From positions 2,120,031-2,184,030 of the forward strand of contig NW_015168654.1 of NCBI RefSeq assembly GCF_001447785.1: a stretch of 64,000 nt of DNA, written 5' to 3'. Made by a program: the position numbers and the translations under genes. Each line of letters opens with the position of its first letter. Within the stretch, counting starts at the first letter, position 1. The DNA comes from Gekko japonicus. Lineage: Eukaryota. The notes below the pieces were generated by a model that worked only from the letters and a program-made list of their open reading frames with translations, had not been told where the DNA came from and made no database searches. Of this stretch, positions 56,931 to 64,000 are shown in pieces.

Positions 56931-59900
56931 ATGTCTGAAGGAGAAGCCAAGCAGGTGCCCAGTAGCGGCTCTGACACGAAGCCGGACTCGGGGCCTGGCC
57001 TGGCCTCTTTGTCACCGCCCATGGCTGCTTCTGCCCCCCAAGAGGAGGAAGAGGAAGAGAGTGAGGACGAATCAGAGATCCTGGAAGAGTCGCCCTGTGG
57101 AAGGTGGCAGAAGAGGCGGGAAGAGGTTTGTGGTGGGGATGGTGGACCTGAGAGGGAAGTGGTAGTGAGGAGAGCACTGACAAAGAGGACCAGCGTTGTT
57201 TCTCCTGCTACTCTGTTTTCATAGTGCTGGTAATCATGATCTTGACATTGGGTCCTTCCCAAAACCTGCGAGATCGAAGCATGTTCTCTCGATTCTTTGT
57301 TAAAATCACTTGAAACTCTTCCATGAAGCTCTGTAGTACTTCTGAGTTTCATTGCCAACAGTGGCGATGATCCATATGATACCTAACTAAAGAAATGCTC
57401 TTAAGGTTTGTAGTGCTTCACTTTGCACTATCAGTCATGTAGATGAATGAGGATGAGAAATCAAGATATGTGCCAGGCAATGGCCTCTAGGCAAAGGGTT
57501 CTTCCTGTTTTGTGCATACAGCAGTTGGCGAATGAAGCCTCTGTTGTGTGATGCATTTGTCCGAGTGGGTGCTTAGATCCTGTCTCTGTGTGTTAGAGGC
57601 TTAAATAAATAGGGGAGAGTTGGCCTGAGGGAAATTGGAGTTGCTGAGCCTTGATGCATCTCTGTAGAGGACATGCGCTTACAGGAATACTAGCCCTCAA
57701 GCCAACCCTGGAGTTGAAGCAGCAAGAGACAATCCTTCTTCATGTTCTTGGCAGAGGGAATCCTTGGTTGAACTTTTCCAGTATCTCACACTTGCTTGGT
57801 AGTGTCTGGGTACTTATGCTTCCTTGTCTATTCAGTACTTATTGGAGGAATAGCAGAACCAACCTTGAGGTCCTGCACATGCTGTGCAGACTGCTGTTTG
57901 ACTTGGTCATTGGTGCTTTTGAATTCACATCATTTCAGGGGCTGGTTGTTTGCTTCTTGCGTCTTTTTCTGATTGAATTGATGAAGGCTCTACAGAGAAA
58001 TTTTACAGTTTTGGCCTATTCTCTAGTCCAACCTCTTAGCAAGTTGTAGACTTGTCCTTTGTTTTTTACCACCTCCACACAAATATTGAAATTTAAAATT
58101 ATTCCTCATAATGAGCACTCAGGATGGCTGATTGACTTCCAGCTGTTTGCATTGCTCTTAATTTAGTTTCCCTAGGAATGGAGTGGGCAATCCAGTTAAA
58201 GAAGACAGCACTAGAATAAATATTTCTGGAAATTTTACAGCCATGGGAGAATTCTATACGTTATTTTGAAACTGGGGTTTCTGTGCAGCTCTCTGCTGTT
58301 TTGAACTTCTCTCAACTTGCAGAAGAGGATTGGACTTGAAAAACTGGGAAAGGTGTGGGTACTCAGAGGCTAAGTTGTAAGAATGTGCCTCCTGCTTACC
58401 TGGTACAGAAGTGAAGGCAGGTGCTTTTATTTGCAGTTCTTGTGTGTGTTTTTTGTACAGGAGTTATTTTTTATGTGCCTTTACTCTTAAACCAAAGAAT
58501 TCTTGTAAATCCTATAGTATCCTTATTTTTGTTTGCGTTTTGAAAAAGACCATTACATGAGTCCTCAAGTGGTGGTTTTGCGTGGGGTTTTTATGTAATA
58601 TTTAATTTCAGTGTGGTACTAATAATTTGTTTTCAGTTGGTTCTAAATTTTAGTGTAGTTTTTGTGATCTGCTTCTAAATTTAATGTAGTTTTTTTGTAC
58701 TTGCAACACAATGTCACACTGCTTTCCTTATCCACAACAAACTGTGTTACAGCCATTTCGCACATTATACCGAGGCATGCCGAAACTAGCCATTGAGCTT
58801 CTCTGCTGACCCTAGTCTTTCTCCTGGCCTCCCAACCGACCTGTGGGAAAGTTAGGAACCAGTATTTTAGATTGCTGAGAATACTTCATGTGTGTTATGT
58901 CAGTCTTTACCTTAATTATCCCTGTTGTTTTTTTTTAGTTTGTCCACTGCATGGAATGTCTTAGACATAGTATGTAAGACATTGCTTTTTATCCGCTTAT
59001 TGCCCAGTGTGTGTGAGGTGAGGTGCAAAAACTGAGCTTATGGAGTACAGAACCTGGGAATGTGGTTCATGACAGAAATCTCAAAGCAAATACAGAGGAG
59101 GTCATTCAACCAGAGACTACAGACTTGAATGGCTTCGCTGGGATCTTGTTTTTGTTTTGCTTAGTCTGTCTCCCCCTCCCATTTCTTGGGTCGAGTAACA
59201 ATATGCTTCTTGTGAAGAATCTTCAGGGAGAGCCAGTGTCTTGGCTGCTTGGGTTTTATTTGATGTGCTTGCTCTAGCCCTCACTGTTTTCCTTCTTATC
59301 CCAAAATAGATTTTCTGACGCTTCCTTGCTGTGCCAAGTCTGTTGGGTTTTTTTTGCTTTGCTGGTTTTTCATACAGACTCTTGATGCTGCACCTTTAAA
59401 TTGCTGCATCTCAGAGCTGTTCTCTAAGCCATAATGTTCTTCCCTCCCATTTTAGGGGTTGTTCACGTGGATGTTAAATGATGTTTGTGTATTTTGGGTT
59501 CAGATCTACATAAAAGTCTTGTAATTGTCAATGTGACTCATTGTAGTTTAACTACTAGAGGAAGTGGCATTGCATCAAGAGAAGAGACCGTGCTATTTGG
59601 GAATGTGTTCCTGATGAAACTAAGGTGGCCACATCACCTAATATGTCATTCTGTTGGAATGCTGCATGAAATAGGACTGAGTGACTAGGCAGCAGGAGGA
59701 GAAGTGGAGACTTGCCAAAAAGCAATAAGTAGTGGAGCTGTGAACTTCAGACAGGTGGGAAGAAGAGGGATTGTGAACTGTGACTAGATCTGGGAACTTA
59801 GATCAAAAGCCATTTTGCTGTAATTGTTAGTGTGGGACTAGTACCAGGGAGATCAAATTCCTAATCAACCTTAAAGCTTTCTGTATGTGACCTGGGGTCA

Positions 59901-62900
59901 GTTACTCTCTCTCAGCCAAATCTGCCTCATGGGATTGTTTTGAGGGTAAAATAAAGAAGAGACCACTGTATGCTGCCCCAAGCTCCATAGAGGAACAGAG
60001 TGGGATAAAAATGTAATAGATCAGTCTAACATCTGACTCAGGGAAGCTGGTGGAAAGTGCTGTTGAATTATTTAGAAGAGTGAGCTTTACGAGGAAGCTT
60101 CATCATGGTGTCTACAAAAAGCAAAGAACTGGGATGAGCTGTGGCAAAGCATTTGCTTTACATGCAGAAAGCCCCGTGTTCAGTCCCTGGCATCTCCAAT
60201 GAAAAGGATCAGGTGGGAGGTGATGTGAAAGAACTCTGCCTGAGACCCTAGAGAGCCACTGCCAGTCAGAATAGATAGTGCCGACCTTGATAGGACTTAC
60301 TTGGTATAAGGCAGCTTCAAGCATTCATATGTTATAGGCCTCTTCATGTAAAACAAAAGCAAACAGCATGTGGGGCAATGTGAGAGAGACTCATAAAATT
60401 CTGAGTAGTGTAATTTAAGGTAGATAATGAAGTATTTTTCTTCCCCAGTAGTAGTTTTTCTGGTTATCCAGTGAAATCAGAATGTTACTTATTTATTTAT
60501 TTGGATTTATATCCCGCCCTCCCCGTAAGCAGGCTCAGGGCGGGTTCCAACAATATAAATATAATATACAATACAGTTAAAACCACTTAAAACAACAGGA
60601 CCCGCAAAGGAAATCTTTCACTCAATGTATAGTTAACTTACAAGATTGCTATCATAAGATGGGCAAATGACCACAAGTATATGTGGCTTTGAAAAAGATT
60701 GGCCAGATCCACAGAACATGAAGCAATCATATACTGTGTATGTATTAAGTGCCATCAAATTTTCCTCTGATTTATGGTGACCCTGTGAATTAGTGACTTC
60801 CAAAATGACTTATCATTACCAGCCTTGCTCAGGTCTTGCAGAACTGAGGGGCTGTGGTTTCTTTTGGGTCTTCATCTTTTCCTGCTGCTTTCAACTTTTC
60901 ATAGCATTATTATCTTTTCATAATGTGACCAAGGTATGATAGCCTCAGTTTAGTCATTTTAGCTTTTAGGGAGAGTTCAGGCTTGATTTGTTCTAGAACC
61001 CACTTACTTGTCTTTTTAGTGGTCCACAGTACCTGTAAAACTCTCCTCCAACACCACATTTCAAATGAAATAATATACTACGAGTCACGGTAACAGCATA
61101 CCTCTTCAGTACCAGAAGTATCTGAGTGGCCACTATTAGACGAGGATTCCTGGACCATAGATGAAGCCTTAGGGTCTAATCCAGCAAAGCAGGTCTTGTA
61201 GTCAGTTTAACTGGAGTTTCATCAAACCTTTGATGCACAGACTCTTTGCTTGCTTGCCTGCCTGCCCTAGCACCTAAGCACTGGATGCTGGTGCCTGTGG
61301 TTTTGAAATTTTTTACCTTTTAAAAATCACCAGTATGAGAAAGAGGGGGCATGGCTCAGTGGTAGAGCATCTGCTTGGCATACAGAAGGTCCTAGGTTCA
61401 ATCCCTGGCATCTGCAGATAAAAGTATCAAGTGGTAGGTAATGTTAAAGACTTCTGCTTGAGACCCTAGAGAGCTGCCTCCTGTCCGAATAGACAATAAT
61501 GACTTCAATGGACCAAGGATCTGATTCAGTACAAGGCAGCTTCATGTGTTTATGAGGCAGATTATCCTGGGGGAGGAAAAGAGCCTTGTAGTTCCAAAAA
61601 GTTTGTTCCTGCTAATGGCCTCCTCTATTCTTGGCGTGCACCTGATGTGAAGCCTTTCTCTGATGTCTGCCTCTTGAGTCCAGGTGAAGCTTCAATGACA
61701 GTTTGATCTCCCAGGCATCTNNNNNNNNNNNNNNNNNNNNNNNNNNNNNNNNNNNNNNNNNNNNNNNTCCCTTCCCTTTTCTTTCACAGAGTCTTAGTTG
61801 GCACCTGTGTGCAATTCAGTTGTGAAATATTTCCCTTTTAGGCCTCAAGCTTCCTGCTTATTTTTTTAAATTCCAGCTTAGATGGGGGCTGCTGTTCCCT
61901 CTTGTGTATCCCTGAGAATTAAAAGCTTAACTGTGCTCTGTAACTTTTAACATTTTAAAAGAAAGTAACCGAAGGTGAATGAACTGATTACGTATTCCCT
62001 TGCCAGATTTTGGTTGCTAGAGCTGGGGTACAGTGTGTTCTGAGAGTTACGATAGCAGTAAGTTAAGATATTGCACGCAGTTAGAGGTCAGAAGTTTTCA
62101 GATTGACATCCATCTTTTAAAGTCCACACCCAGGTCCCACTATTGACTTCACAACTTATGTGATCTCCTAAGGTAGTACTAGTTGGGAAGGGGGTTTCAC
62201 GTTTGGCAGCGCCACACCATGGCTTGTATCCAACCATCCATGAATTGCGGGCTCAGAGGTTTCCTGTGTTCCTGCAGTCCTTTCCAACGCCCAAAAAGTT
62301 CAGTCCGAGGCTTGCAGGATCCATGTGGAGGAGTAGTTGTGTGGGTCAGCGGGTACAGAGGAAGGACAAGGAATGAAATTGATCCCTTTCCTTGGTAGAG
62401 TTGTACTTGCAGATAGGGGTGTGTGCCCGGTATATACTGAGCCGAATAAATACTGAAAAAATTGGAGAATCTGACTCAGCTACTGAAATAGCTGAGCCTG
62501 AATAAAAGCCAATATTATTCAGCTTTTATTTGGGTGCAGCTAGAAGGCATTTAAAGAGACAGTGGACAATGGAGGGGGAAAGGCATTTAAAGAGACAGTG
62601 GTCTCTTTAAATGCCTTTTTTCCTCCATTGGTTTCAATAGAGGATGGGGGCACCTTCTTTGGGGGGCCATAGAACTGGACCCCCTGGTCTAATCTTTTTG
62701 AAACTTGGGGATTTTTTTAGGAGAGGCACCAGCAGCTATGCTGCAAATTTGGTGCCTCTGTCTCAAAAAAACAGCCCCCCCCACAGCCCCGACTACCCCA
62801 GATAGATTCTCCATTATACCCTTTGAGGACGGTCTGATATTTTTCAGGTTCAACAGAGCAGAATAGGGGGAAAAACCAATTTTTTTTGCACACCCCTAGT

Positions 62901-64000
62901 TGCAGAAGAGGAAGGAGGACTGATTCATCCCTACATCCTTCCTCACTCATGTCCTCCAGTTCACATGCTTGTTCCTCTGTCAGTGTTGCGACCCTGGGAG
63001 TGAACATTCTGGTGGTCAGAAGGGGCTTCTGGAACAGAAAAGAATGCAGGAGAAGTGCCTGGTTAGGTCTAGGCCAGTGACTGAGACTGTACAGAGCCTG
63101 GAGCCACTTCACTGTAGGCTGTTTAGAAGTAGCACATCCAGTGAGAGATCGAGGCCTGTTCATTTCCCCCCTCCCAGCTGTAGAATCCTGAAGGTTGAAA
63201 TCTCAAGATAAAGAAACCTGCAGCTGCTTATTTGATTCTAGCTGTAGTACATACATATTCTGGCTCACGTCTTGCCTTCTGTCATGTAAGAGGAAGCATG
63301 ACTCTGACACTGGCAGGGTTCTGCTGGAGTGAGGGGTAACTTTACTAATCCACTTGTTAGTAGAGACCTGTCCCTTTAAGACTGAAGAAGTATCCTTGTT
63401 GGGATTCCTTTGTGGGAGGGAGGAGAGAAGACGCCCAAGCTTCCAGTCTTAGTCCCACCACAGGCAGCAGCGTCTCAGTGCTGGGGTAATCGGCAACATC
63501 CATGTGAGATTCCCCTGGGGAATAATGCTGGATTGTTCTCCATTCCTTGTTTTGACCTAAGAGTCCAGTTCCGAAGTATCCTCTTCTTCTCATTTCCACT
63601 ATTGCTTGTCTCAGGTCCTGTCTTGTAGGCTTGTTAAGGAGGGTCACAGGAGTGACATTGCCCAGTTTGTTGAACCCCTTTCTTTCCAGGCTTGTTGGCC
63701 ACAGTGGAACTTGCCTCAGCTAAACTGCAAGCCTTCTGCTGCTCCTTCTTGCACTGGCTGCATCCTCTCTCTTCTTTGAGTCTTTCATGCTGAGTTGGTT
63801 CTTGATTAAGGGTAGCATTGCCTGATTACTGGGAAGACTCCTTTAGATCTGGTTTGTCTGATCTTCTGCCAATTTCAGCAACTGTTTTACCATACTGTGC
63901 ATAGAGGCAGGTCTTAGCTCTAACCTTCTCTTAGCTACATAAGTCTCCACTCTCTCATGTGCTCATCTCTCTCACCAGGTAAATCAGCGCAATGTTCCTG
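56931..64000 (+). CDS. NRBP1: Nuclear receptor-binding protein 1 (pseudokinase), 5' part. Coding exons 56931-57125 and 63979->64000 (continues)
   Basis: MSEGE...EEEEESEDESEILEESPCGRWQKRREE spliced to VNQRNVP matches the NRBP1 N-terminus. Acceptors at 56910 and 63978; syntenic after PPM1G. Confidence 0.93.
61345..61552 (+). mobile_element. tRNA-derived SINE, near full length
   Basis: GGCTCAGTGGTAGAGCATCTGCTTGGCATACAGAAGGTCCTAGGTTCAATCCC head; same family as 27920. Confidence 0.8.
61721..61766. other. Assembly gap (N run) in an NRBP1 intron
   Basis: Run of n. Confidence 0.99.
62414..62898. mobile_element. hAT-type non-autonomous element, 8-bp TSD (C/G)TTGCAGA
   Basis: TIR TAGGGGTGTG / CACACCCCTA; internal direct and inverted GGCATTTAAAGAGAC repeats. 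Confidence 0.78.

Noticed and set aside
61345-61415. tRNA-like sequence with A and B boxes (also 27920, 2133)
   Set aside because: It continues into a repeated SINE body found many times in the window; not a tRNA gene.

Overview
Vertebrate genomic DNA, most likely a squamate and probably a gecko (inferred from its repeats: BovB/RTE, Sauria-like SINE, CORE/Squam3-like SINE, 5S-derived SINE, CR1, L2, Penelope fragments and many hAT MITEs). The gene order matches human 2p23.3: EIF2B4 (5' part, -), SNX17 (complete, 15 exons, +), ZNF513 (complete, 4 coding exons, -), PPM1G (complete, 10 exons, -) and NRBP1 (5' part, +). The main surprise is an extra, intact, intron-containing gene between ZNF513 and PPM1G (CDS 23252-40125, +, 8 coding exons, about 530 aa). 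It encodes an RNF19-family RING1-IBR-RING2 (RBR) E3 ubiquitin ligase with two hydrophobic membrane segments. From recall, human has no such gene here. Its position beside SNX17 mirrors RNF19A beside SNX31 on human 8q22, suggesting a third RNF19 ohnolog lost in mammals. It keeps the catalytic Cys but has Arg in place of the downstream His. Other observations: a split EIF2B4/SNX17 promoter, Penelope hammerhead-like cores (one inside the PPM1G promoter), TEs abutting splice acceptors, nested MITEs with target-site duplications, and a 14-aa in-frame duplication in PPM1G. All exon coordinates were read by eye from splice signals and reading frame; comparisons with human proteins are from memory.
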